Positions 1-7,463 of a stretch of DNA of 15,908 nt are shown one piece after another. Origin of the DNA: Armatimonadota bacterium (GTDB lineage: Bacteria > Armatimonadota > Armatimonadia > Armatimonadales > Armatimonadaceae); NCBI GenBank assembly GCA_043754515.1, contig JAYUUO010000064.1, forward strand, positions 1 through 15,908. Direction: 5' to 3'. Numbering within the stretch: position 1 is the first letter of the stretch; every line of letters starts with the position of its first letter. The notes beneath the pieces are model-generated. The model had not been told where the DNA came from. It saw nothing but the letters and a program-made list of their open reading frames with translations, and did not search any database. Position numbers and translations under genes: made by a program.

Positions 1-91
1 GCCGTCCGTCGCGCCCGCGAGTATTTCTTGCTTTAGAAACACGACGGTTATGTAATCGCCCTGCTGTACCGCCCGATCCCCCGCGCTCCTA

Positions 92-129
92 TAGTAGCAG
101 TGCGATAGTCTAGTAGCAGTGCGATAGTC
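92..129. repeat. Perfect 19-bp tandem direct repeat (TAGTAGCAGTGCGATAGTC x2)
   Basis: 92-110 and 111-129 are identical and abut with no spacer; intergenic, downstream of the ParB-family gene. Confidence 0.9.
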
Positions 130-205
130 CGCGACCCGCGTGGGACGCGCTCATTTCTCAACTCCCCCTCCGGCGCGAAGAGGGGGCGGTGGCGGTTCCG
201 CAGAC

Positions 206-1207
206 CTACCGCCGCCGTCGAATCTCGCCCAATAGCCGCTCGATGTCCGCTTTCGCGGTGGTCAGCGCGGCCTCCAGATCGTCGAGTTCATCCTCCGACA
301 CCGCCGACACGCGCAGTTCGCCCAGCACCTGCGGTAGCCGCTCCGCAATCCCGACCATGGCGCGGCTCGCCGAGAACGGCGCGGGGCCGTCCTTGCCCAG
401 TGGCCCGCCGTCGTACGCGCCCTCGTGGTAATCCATCTCGCGCGGCTCGCGGCTCCCACCGCCGCCCCCGGAGCCGCGCCCGCCCCCGCCGATCCCGTCG
501 CCATCGCCGCCCTTGCCGAACCGCTTGCGCAACCCGTCCGCGCCTTCGCCTAAGATCGCCTCGAAGTCGTCAGGGCTTTCGCGCAGGGCGCGTGCATACA
601 AGGACGTCTCGTCGGACGACAGTTTGTCGCCCTTGATCTTCTCCACGAGGGCCGCCTGCGCGTCGGGGTTGTCGTTAAGTTGGCGCAGGAACCGCCCGTG
701 CTTCTCAGTCAGGTTGCCCGCCGAGGGACGGTTCGGGGACGAAATGATCTGCTCGCCGATCTCCTCCGGCAGGTCCATCAGGTCGAGCAGATAGCCCACG
801 GTGCGCTCGGAAAGCGCGAGCCTCCCCGCGACTTCCTTGTTGGTCGCACCAATGGTCTCCTTCAACGCCTTGATCGCGCGCGCCTTGTCGAGCGGCGCGA
901 GCTCCTCGCGTTGCAGGTTCTCGATCAGTTGCTCGGTCGCTTTTTCGGAGATGTCGGTCGGGGCTTCGGGGCGCACGATACACGGGATCTCGAACTGCCC
1001 CGCGATCTGCGAGGCGCGCCAGCGGCGTTCCCCGGTGATGATGCGGTAGCCGTCCACGCCTTTGAGCGGCGCGACCGTGATCGGATTCAGAACGCCGTGC
1101 TGGCGGATCGAGTCGGCGAGTCCTTGCAGGGCGACGTCGTCGAGTGCCCTTCGCGGCTGGTCGGGGTCTTCGACGATGCGGGAAACTTCTATAACTTGCA
1201 AATCCAC
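206..1207 (-). CDS. ParB/RepB/Spo0J family partition protein (solo, no adjacent parA upstream)
   Basis: N-terminal ParBc domain (DPDQPRR...LADSIRQHGVLNPITV...IITGERRWRA, the Arg-patch CTP-binding motif), then LIENLQREELAPLDKA and an HTH (TNKEVAGRLALSERTVG). A Gly-rich linker precedes a helical C-terminus. GTG start. Confidence 0.92.
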   Translation of the reverse strand: MDLQVIEVSRIVEDPDQPRRALDDVALQGLADSIRQHGVLNPITVAPLKGVDGYRIITGERRWRASQIAGQFEIPCIVRPEAPTDISEKATEQLIENLQREELAPLDKARAIKALKETIGATNKEVAGRLALSERTVGYLLDLMDLPEEIGEQIISSPNRPSAGNLTEKHGRFLRQLNDNPDAQAALVEKIKGDKLSSDETSLYARALRESPDDFEAILGEGADGLRKRFGKGGDGDGIGGGGRGSGGGGGSREPREMDYHEGAYDGGPLGKDGPAPFSASRAMVGIAERLPQVLGELRVSAVSEDELDDLEAALTTAKADIERLLGEIRRRR

Positions 1208-1281
1208 GGCGTGGGTTCTCCAGAAAGGGTCGGTGCCGCGCGGTTGGTGATGGTGAACTGTTTGCCCCGCGCGTTTGCCGT

Positions 1282-1311
1282 ATTATAACCCTTGCGGGTA
1301 TGGCCGGTCAA
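1282..1311 (-). promoter_or_regulatory. Sigma70-type promoter for the ParB-family gene, overlapped by an inverted repeat
   Basis: Minus strand TTGACC (1311-1306), 18 bp spacer, TATAAT (1287-1282). Inverted repeat AACCCTTG (1287-1294) / CAAGGGTT (1309-1316) overlaps both hexamers. Confidence 0.65.
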
Positions 1312-1315
1312 GGGT

Positions 1316-1395
1316 TGCGAACGGCACTGTTGCCCGAACCCTCCACACGCCGTACTGCGAACGGCATTGTTGCCCGAACCCTCCACACGCCGTAC
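1316..1395. repeat. 40-bp tandem duplication with 1 mismatch
   Basis: TGCGAACGGCA[C/T]TGTTGCCCGAACCCTCCACACGCCGTAC at 1316-1355 and 1356-1395. Confidence 0.92.
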
Positions 1396-1398
1396 AAT
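1370..1398 (+). promoter_or_regulatory. Sigma70-type promoter for the nanE operon
   Basis: TTGCCC (1370-1375), 17 bp spacer, TACAAT (1393-1398), ending about 40 bp upstream of the nanE ATG. Confidence 0.55.
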
Positions 1399-1436
1399 GC
1401 GCGAGCAACCACGGCGACCTATACCGATCCCTCCCC

Positions 1437-2144
1437 ATGAACATGTTCCCCCTCCTCCCCCCGCTCGCCGCGCTCGAAAGGGGGCTAATCGTCTCCTGTC
1501 AGGCGCAACCGGGCGAACCGCTCCATTCGTCCTACATCATGGCGCGGATGGCGGTCGCGGCGCACGAGGGCGGGGCGGTTGGGATCCGCGCCGAATCGCC
1601 GGATGACATACGCGCCATCCGCGCGGCCGTCCCCGACCTGCCGATCATCGGGCTATGGAAGGTGACGCTCCCCGGCTACGAGCACACGGTATATATCACC
1701 CCGCGCCTGTCCGACGCGCGGGCCGTCGCGGACGCGGGCGCGGACATTATCGCGTTGGACGCGACGCTTCGTCCCCACCCCGAGGGCACGGCGGCGGAAC
1801 TGATCCGTGCCGTGAAAGCCGCGACCGGGAGGCTAGTCATGGCGGATATTGATAACGAAGCGGCGGCGTTGGCGGCGATTGACGCGGGCGCGGATTGCGT
1901 TTCGACCACGCTCTCCGGCTACACAGACGATTCGCCGCGCTCGGACACGCCCGACTTCGTGCTGATCGAGCGGCTGGCGTCGCTAAACCTGCCGGTGCCC
2001 GTTATCGCGGAAGGGCGCATTCACACGCCCGAAATGGCGCGGCGCGTGCTCGATGCGGGCGCGTTCGCGGTCGTGGTCGGCGGCGCGATCACGCGCCCGC
2101 AACAGATCACCGCGCGGTTCGCGAGAGCGGTGCGCGGCGAATGA
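1437..2144 (+). CDS. nanE: N-acetylmannosamine-6-phosphate 2-epimerase
   Basis: NanE motifs [84 protein letters not shown]. Start placed at ATG 1437 (1443 is an alternative); the ORF-track extension to 1275 merely reads through the tandem repeat. Confidence 0.95.
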   Translation: MNMFPLLPPLAALERGLIVSCQAQPGEPLHSSYIMARMAVAAHEGGAVGIRAESPDDIRAIRAAVPDLPIIGLWKVTLPGYEHTVYITPRLSDARAVADAGADIIALDATLRPHPEGTAAELIRAVKAATGRLVMADIDNEAAALAAIDAGADCVSTTLSGYTDDSPRSDTPDFVLIERLASLNLPVPVIAEGRIHTPEMARRVLDAGAFAVVVGGAITRPQQITARFARAVRGE

Positions 2145-3097
2145 ACGTGCTCGGCGTGGACATCGGCGGCACCAAAATCGCGGCGGGCGTGGTGGAAAGC
2201 AATTCCGGCATCGTTTTACACAGCGAACGCGTCCCGACCGACGCGCAAGAGGGCGGCGCGGCGGTGCTAGCGCGGGCGATCGCGCTGGCGCGGCGCGTGG
2301 TCGCCGCCGCGAACGCTTCCATCGGCCTCATCGGGGTCGGCGCGGGTGGGCAGATTGACTTCCGCACCGGGGTGGTGCTGTCCGCGACGGATATCCTGCC
2401 CGGCTGGGCGGGCACTCGCCTCGCGGAGTCGTTCGGGGACGCGTTCGGCGTACCCGCCTTCGCCGACAATGACGTCAACGCGTTCGCGCTCGGCGAGCAT
2501 CGGTTCGGGGCGGGACGAGGGACGGGCGACGCGGTGTTTCTGGCCCTCGGGACCGGAGTCGGGGGCGCGATCATCGCGGACGGCAGACTGCACCGCGGCA
2601 GGCGCGGCACCGGGGGCGAACTCGGGCACATGCTGATCGGAGACACGGAAGGCGAGTCGTACTACACGCTGGAGGACACCACGAAGGGCGACCGCCTCGC
2701 CGACCTGTACCGCTTTCACACGCGATCCCCATCCCGCTTCGGCGCGAGCGGCAAATCGTTGCTGTCGGAGCCGATCACGGGGCTTGTCGTCGGTCACGCG
2801 GCACTGCGGCAACCCGGAAGCGACGCGGGCGAAGCGGTTCGCGTTCTGGGCGCGGACCTGGGCGTTGGCCTTGCTTCGCTCGCCAATATTCTAGACACAG
2901 AGCGGTTCGTGATCGGCGGCGGGCTTGCGACACTCGGCGACCTGCTATTAGAGCCGGCGCGGGCGGCGTTCGCGCGTCACGTGTTGCCCCTCTACGGCGA
3001 CACGCGGATTGTCGGCGCGGGGCTGGGCGCAAAATCTTCGGTGATCGGCGCGGCGTGCGTTGCGCTTGTGGGTATAGAAAGAGATGTCGTTGCCTGA
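2141..3097 (+). CDS. ROK family sugar kinase (probable N-acetylmannosamine kinase-like)
   Basis: [12 protein letters not shown]-binding motif, [37 protein letters not shown] 2141 overlaps the nanE stop (ATGA). Substrate inferred from context only. Confidence 0.9.
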   Translation: MNVLGVDIGGTKIAAGVVESNSGIVLHSERVPTDAQEGGAAVLARAIALARRVVAAANASIGLIGVGAGGQIDFRTGVVLSATDILPGWAGTRLAESFGDAFGVPAFADNDVNAFALGEHRFGAGRGTGDAVFLALGTGVGGAIIADGRLHRGRRGTGGELGHMLIGDTEGESYYTLEDTTKGDRLADLYRFHTRSPSRFGASGKSLLSEPITGLVVGHAALRQPGSDAGEAVRVLGADLGVGLASLANILDTERFVIGGGLATLGDLLLEPARAAFARHVLPLYGDTRIVGAGLGAKSSVIGAACVALVGIERDVVA

Positions 3098-4655
3098 ACC
3101 ATTGCGCGCTACCAGCGTCGCCCTGTTGCCACTGGACGAGCGCCCCGTAAACACGCGCTATCCGCTCATGCTGGGCGCGATCGCCGGGGTGTCCGTCAAG
3201 TTACCCCCGTCGGAGATTCGCGGCGAGCACAAGCGCGGCGCGAGCACGGCGGTGGTCGCCGAGTGGCTTCAGGACACGGGCGCGGATGCCGTGATCGCGT
3301 CCGCCGAGTACCTGCTCTACGGCAACCTCATTCAATCGCGGATCTCCACGGAGTCCGTCGCCGACGTCATGCCGCGCCTGTCCGTCCTCGAGGATGTGGC
3401 GCGCGGGGGGAAAACAGTGTACGCGTTCGGTCTGATCACCCGCGTCTCGAACGCCGACGTGGATGTCGAGGAGCCGGGCTATTGGAACCAGTACGGGACG
3501 CGCTTCTACCAGCTCTCGCAACTCCTGCACAAGCAGGAAGTCTATGGTGAGCTGGACGCGGGCGATTCCGAGCAGCTGACGTGGCTCCGCATGGAACTGC
3601 CCGCCGAACTGGTCGCCGACTTCCTGACGCGCCGCCTTCGCAACCACACGGTTAACCTCGCCCTGCTGGATCTCGTGGCGCGGGGGCGGCTGGATCTGCT
3701 CCTGCTGACATCGGACGACACCTCGGTTTATGGACTCCCGACCCGCGAAAAGTCGTGGCTGGAGGGCTGGATGAGTTTGCTCGGTGACGCGGCGAAGGGG
3801 CGGGTGCTGATGCACCCCGGCGCGGACGAGGTAGGCTCCGCGCTTCTGTGCCGCCTGATCTGCGCGGGGCGGGGCGCGGCTCCCGCCATTTATCCGCTGT
3901 ACGCGGTCCCCGGCGGCGAGGAGATCGTCGCGCCGTACGAGGACCGCGCGGCGCGGATCACGGTCGAGGCACAGATCCGCGCGTGCGGCGGGTCCGTGGC
4001 GACAGCGATGGAGGGGGCGGACATCGTGCTGGGTGTTCTGCCGCCGTCACCGCGCCGCACCGAATGGCGCGCGAGTTTCGCTGCGTCCGAACGCGCCGAG
4101 CGCGAGGATCTGTACCGCGATTTCATCGGCGTACTCGGTGAGCGACAACGCGCCGGGGTGCCGGTCGCGGTCGGGGACATCGCTTATCCGAACGGCTCCG
4201 ACCCGCTCTTTATCGAGCTACTTTTTGCGGCGGGTTGCCCACTCGTGCCCGGACGCCTCGCGGCGTACGGTGCCTGGAACACGGCAGGCAACACGCTCGG
4301 CACCACGGTTGCGCAGGCGATCCTTTCTACTTTCACTGAAGGGAACACGGAGCGCGAGGCGGCGCAGGCGACGTTTCTGGCGCACCGCTTCCTGGAGGAC
4401 TGGGGTTACCAGGCGGTCACGCGCCACGTCGCCCGCGACGTGCTTCAGAAGCGGAGCGGGCGGCGCGACCCGTCCCCCGACAGCGACGACGAGCAGACGC
4501 TCGCCCGCCAGACCATCGAGAGCGGCCTCGTCGAGAAGTTGCGCGAACTGCAAGCCGTCGGCGTCGGCGTCGGCTTGACGCTGGCCCAGGGTTCGGTCCG
4601 CCTGCCGTGGAAGCGGACGTTCGAAGTGGACTTCGACCTGGTGCCCGGCTTGTGA
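3084..4655 (+). CDS. DUF4127 family protein
   Basis: Recognised motifs LLPLDERPVN, LLYGNLIQSR, RRLRNHTVN, SDDTS, PGADEVG, DIAYPNGSD, AYGAWNTAGNTLGT, RFLEDWGYQ and C-terminal LPWKRTFEVDF. Start overlaps the end of the ROK gene by 14 nt. Confidence 0.82.
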   Translation: MSLPEPLRATSVALLPLDERPVNTRYPLMLGAIAGVSVKLPPSEIRGEHKRGASTAVVAEWLQDTGADAVIASAEYLLYGNLIQSRISTESVADVMPRLSVLEDVARGGKTVYAFGLITRVSNADVDVEEPGYWNQYGTRFYQLSQLLHKQEVYGELDAGDSEQLTWLRMELPAELVADFLTRRLRNHTVNLALLDLVARGRLDLLLLTSDDTSVYGLPTREKSWLEGWMSLLGDAAKGRVLMHPGADEVGSALLCRLICAGRGAAPAIYPLYAVPGGEEIVAPYEDRAARITVEAQIRACGGSVATAMEGADIVLGVLPPSPRRTEWRASFAASERAEREDLYRDFIGVLGERQRAGVPVAVGDIAYPNGSDPLFIELLFAAGCPLVPGRLAAYGAWNTAGNTLGTTVAQAILSTFTEGNTEREAAQATFLAHRFLEDWGYQAVTRHVARDVLQKRSGRRDPSPDSDDEQTLARQTIESGLVEKLRELQAVGVGVGLTLAQGSVRLPWKRTFEVDFDLVPGL

Positions 4656-4706
4656 ATGGCGAGGTGCTCATAGCGCGTAGCCTCACCGGTCCGGTAAAAT
4701 AGCGAC

Positions 4707-4942
4707 GTGGAGAAGTCGTCATTATCTTTCGAGATCGAAACGCCAACCGGCTGGGAGCTAGCTCGGTTGCCGCGCGGGGCACACGACCGTTTGCAACAAC
4801 TATTGGATCGGCAGGACTCGGGACAGCGGCTCGCGCCGGGCGAAGCGGACGAGGCGCAGGGTCTCTGGCTGACCTCGCCGAGTGGCTGTCGCTCGTGCGT
4901 CTGCGCTCCGAGCGGGTCGTCCGCGAGACCCCCGCGAAGTAG
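4707..4942 (+). pseudogene. Frameshifted small helical protein of the type found upstream of HNH endonuclease genes (putative antitoxin-like partner)
   Basis: Reads ...RLPRGAHDRLQQLLDRQDSGQRLAPGEADEAQGL. Removing the duplicated CT at 4863-4866 continues ADLAEWLSLVRLRSERVVRETPAK* to TAG 4940-4942, which overlaps the next GTG. Length 236 nt = 3n+2. A TAAAAT hexamer (4695-4700) lies 6 bp before the GTG, suggesting a leaderless transcript. Confidence 0.65.
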
Positions 4943-5070
4943 TGGCTGATATTCCCGCGTCACTACGGCGATTCGTTGTGGAACGCGCCGTTTCCCGTTG
5001 CGAGTATTGCAGGGACTCAGACCGGACAAGAAGCGACATTTCACCTCGATCATATGACGCCTGACCCAAC
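4942..5070 (+). pseudogene. HNH endonuclease N-terminal fragment (frameshifted and truncated)
   Basis: GTG 4942: MADIPASLRRFVVERAVSRCEYC, then after a shift near 5011-5017 QTGQEATFHLDHMTP. This gives the CxxC plus (I/L)DH start of an HNH. The second half (NL..C..C) is absent and the sequence runs into the convergent mazF stop. Confidence 0.78.
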
Positions 5071-5407
5071 TCACAAGCCCGTCGTGGTTAGAACCGTGTC
5101 ACGCACCCAGTCAAACCGAGCCGGAGTCAGTTCACCGATCTTGTTCGGGAGGCGCACCTTGCCGCGCACCTGCACCTGATAGCCGAAGCACTACCGACTC
5201 TTGCGGCAGACTCGCTTCTCCGGCGTCTAGTTGGAGCGTCGCGGGCATGAGGAGGCACCTCATATTCGCAGTTGATGGGACCACGACCACGGTTGTTAAA
5301 ACGTCGTTTAGCGCGTCGTCTTGCATCACGATCGCGGGGCGTTGTCCCGCTTGTTCAGGCCCCGAGGGCGCACCGAAATCAGTCGTCCAGACCGCGCCCT
5401 GCTTCAC
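5071..5407 (-). pseudogene. MazF/PemK family mRNA interferase toxin with a +1 frameshift
   Basis: MKQGAVWTTDFGAPSGPEQAGQRPAIVMQDDALN...TVVVVPST is the PemK/MazF signature. Skipping one base near 5185 gives GYQVQVRGKVRLPNKIGELTPARFDWVRDTVLTTTGL* (stop 5073-5071), a typical MazF C-terminus. Length 337 nt = 3n+1. Confidence 0.85.
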
Positions 5408-5668
5408 GCGCTGTCTTCGGCGGCAAGTAGCGCGGCGCGGTGGGTCGGGTCAGAGTCGGCGAGCGCGGCGTCTTCACCGGCGAAGGCGGCGGCATTCGCG
5501 GATCGCCTCCAGGTCCCGGGTCGGCTCTGGGCGTGGGCGCGATTTGGCCTCCTCTCGCGCCAGATAGACGCGTATGGCGTCGGCGATCAGCGCGTCCGTG
5601 CCGATATGTCGGGCGGTAGCGAGGCGTTCAAGGCGCGTCAGGAGTTCCGGGGCGAGCGTAGCGGTCAT
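5404..5668 (-). pseudogene. Ribbon-helix-helix (CopG-like) antitoxin, frameshifted in its C-terminal part
   Basis: MTATLAPELLTRLERLATARHIGTDALIADAIRVYL is RHH-like. After a shift near 5497-5500 the other frame reads ANAAAFAGEDAALADSDPTHRAALLAAEDSA*, whose TGA overlaps the toxin GTG (GTGA). Length 265 nt = 3n+1. Confidence 0.72.
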
Positions 5669-5683
5669 GGTGTGATCACACCA
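5668..5683. promoter_or_regulatory. Perfect 16-bp palindrome TGGTGTGATCACACCA, probable TA autorepression operator
   Basis: Self-reverse-complementary and touches the antitoxin ATG. It contains a -10-like TGTGAT 6 bp before that ATG on the minus strand. Confidence 0.65.
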
Positions 5684-5876
5684 GACCTGGCGAGGGGTGC
5701 GTCACCGGCCGCGCGACGCTGAGGGCGATCAGGTTACTGGCGGGTTGCTCCGGCGGCGAACAGTCGCGGCGCATTCACGACGGATGATTTGCCCGCGTGC
5801 AAAGCATGACGCGGGAACCCGCCCGCCCGCCGCGTTCGTAATCCCATTTAGACGTGCCCGAAGCCGCCCTCCCGCC

Positions 5877-5905
5877 TTGACAGGCACGGGGCGGCGTGGT
5901 ACGAT
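5877..5905 (+). promoter_or_regulatory. Near-consensus sigma70 promoter for secE-nusG-rplK-rplA
   Basis: TTGACA (5877-5882), 17 bp spacer, TACGAT (5900-5905), with extended -10 TG at 5897-5898. Confidence 0.85.
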
Positions 5906-5916
5906 TTCCCTTGATG

Positions 5917-5949
5917 AACAGGGAGCGGGAACGCACCCTGTTTTTTGTT
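5917..5949 (+). terminator. Intrinsic terminator-like hairpin in the secE 5' leader (possible attenuator)
   Basis: AACAGGGAGCG-GGAA-CGCACCCTGTT stem with one A.A mismatch and a GNRA loop, running into TTTTTTGTT. It begins just after the predicted transcription start. Confidence 0.6.
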
Positions 5950-6000
5950 GCCGATTTCGTAGCGGAATCGGCACGAGACGAACGAAAGTATCCAGCAACC

Positions 6001-6237
6001 ATGGCTATCGCGACCGACACCGTGAAGAGCGAAGACGGGAACAAGGGGTTTAACATCGGGCAGTACCTGTCCGAAGTGCAGATCGAACTCCGCAAGGCCG
6101 AGTGGCCTACCCGCGCCGAACTGATCCGCCTGACACAGGTGGTACTAACCCTTATTTTCATCGTCGCCATCTACTGCGGCGGTCTGGACGCCCTGCTGGG
6201 TCTGCTCACCAACGGTTTGTTTAACCGGAAACATTAA
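6001..6237 (+). CDS. secE: Preprotein translocase subunit SecE
   Basis: YLSEVQIELRKAEWPTRAEL motif, one transmembrane helix, then GGLD. Directly upstream of nusG. Start at ATG 6001. Confidence 0.95.
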   Translation: MAIATDTVKSEDGNKGFNIGQYLSEVQIELRKAEWPTRAELIRLTQVVLTLIFIVAIYCGGLDALLGLLTNGLFNRKH

Positions 6238-6265
6238 AGTGGCCGGTGCCACTGGATAATCAACG

Positions 6266-6799
6266 ATGCAACAGCGCAACTGGTACGCGATACATACCTA
6301 TTCCGGTCACGAGAAAAAAGTCAAGACCAACATCGAGCGGCGGGCGGAGACGATGGGCCTCGGCACCAAGATCTACGAGATACTGGTGCCCGAAGAATCC
6401 GAACAGCGCAACCGGGACGGCGTCAAGACCGAGGTCAAGCGCAAAGTCTTCCCCGGCTACGTCCTGATTGACATGATTCTGGATGACACGACCTGGTACC
6501 TGGTGAAGTCCACGACTGGCGTCACCGGCTTCGTCTCGTCCGGCAACAAACCGGTCGCCCTGCAACCGCACGAGGTGTACCAGATCAAGGAAGCCCTCGA
6601 CCCCGCGAATGCGGCGGCGAACCCGAAAAAGATCTGGGAGAAGGGGATGGTCGTGCGCGTGATATCCGGCCCGTTCGAGGATTACACGGGCAAGATAGAC
6701 GACGTGAACGACCAGAAGTCCACGCTCCGCGTGCTGATCTCGCTCTTCGGGCGCGACACGCCGACCGAACTCGACTTCAACCAGGTCGAGAAACTGTAA
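6266..6799 (+). CDS. nusG: Transcription termination/antitermination factor NusG
   Basis: NGN domain WYAIHTYSGHEKKV...VFPGYVLIDM...TGVTGFV; KOW domain VRVISGPFEDYTG...ISLFGRDTPTELDFNQVEK. Confidence 0.98.
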   Translation: MQQRNWYAIHTYSGHEKKVKTNIERRAETMGLGTKIYEILVPEESEQRNRDGVKTEVKRKVFPGYVLIDMILDDTTWYLVKSTTGVTGFVSSGNKPVALQPHEVYQIKEALDPANAAANPKKIWEKGMVVRVISGPFEDYTGKIDDVNDQKSTLRVLISLFGRDTPTELDFNQVEKL

Positions 6800-7021
6800 C
6801 CGACGCCGTCCAGCCCCGCCCCGTCTCGATCCACATTCGGACAGGGCGACGGGCGGGACGGCGGGTTTGATTTCCTCCCTATTCGCCCGCGCATTACCCG
6901 TACAAACGGAAGACGGTGCCAGGACGCGGGAGGGACGTAGGAGACCCGCCTATCAATTACAACGGGTCGTTAACACTACTTACGCGGGGCGCGAAACCCC
7001 GCCGAAGAAAGAAGAAGAACA

Positions 7022-7450
7022 ATGGCAAAGAAAGTCGTCGGCGTCGTCAAACTCGCGATCAACGCGGGTAAAGCGACCCCCGCCCCGCCCGTCGGCCCCG
7101 CGCTCGGTGGCTATGGTATCAACATGATGGAGTTCATAAAGGGTTATAACGCTAAAACAGCGGATATGATCGGCTCCATCGTCCCGGTCGTGATCACGAT
7201 CTATGACGACCGCTCGTTCGTGTTCGTCACCAAGACGCCGCCCGCCTCTGACCTCATTAAAAAGAAACTCGGACTGACGGCGGGTTCCGGCACGCCGAAC
7301 ACGATCAAAGTCGGCACCTTGACCACCGTCCAACTCCGCGAGATCGCCGAGCAGAAAATGCCCGACCTGAATGCCGGGGGGAACGTGGAAGCCGCGATGC
7401 GCATCATCGCGGGCACGGCCCGATCAATGGGTGTGGTAATCAAGGACTAG
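7022..7450 (+). CDS. rplK: 50S ribosomal protein L11
   Basis: [15 protein letters not shown]...INMMEF...KTPPAS...KMPDLNA...[10 protein letters not shown]. Confidence 0.99.
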   Translation: MAKKVVGVVKLAINAGKATPAPPVGPALGGYGINMMEFIKGYNAKTADMIGSIVPVVITIYDDRSFVFVTKTPPASDLIKKKLGLTAGSGTPNTIKVGTLTTVQLREIAEQKMPDLNAGGNVEAAMRIIAGTARSMGVVIKD

Positions 7451-7463
7451 CAATCAGTTTGAA

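Noticed and set aside
164..186. CCCCCTC/GAGGGGG hairpin as the terminator of the ParB-family gene
   Set aside because: Only a 7-bp stem with no T-tract on either strand; too weak to call.
1316..1395. 40-bp repeat as a CRISPR array
   Set aside because: Only two abutting copies, no spacers and no cas genes.
1275..1436. N-terminal extension of nanE in the ORF track
   Set aside because: It translates the tandem repeat and promoter region; NanE similarity starts after ATG 1437.
1..1436. parS site near the ParB-family gene
   Set aside because: No match to the TGTTTCACGTGAAACA consensus noticed by eye; a motif scan would be needed to exclude degenerate sites.
1895..2140. N-terminal extension (possible HTH) of the ROK protein, which would make it a repressor
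   Set aside because: It overlaps nanE out of frame and is not HTH-like; ATG 2141 gives the standard kinase start with an ATGA overlap.
5071..5668. Programmed ribosomal frameshifting in the TA genes
   Set aside because: No slippery heptamers at the shift sites, and four neighbouring genes are all broken, so decay is the simpler explanation.
5690..6000. tRNA-Trp or rpmG expected upstream of secE
   Set aside because: No cloverleaf or T-loop GTTCGA-type arm with an acceptor stem, and no L33-like ORF found.
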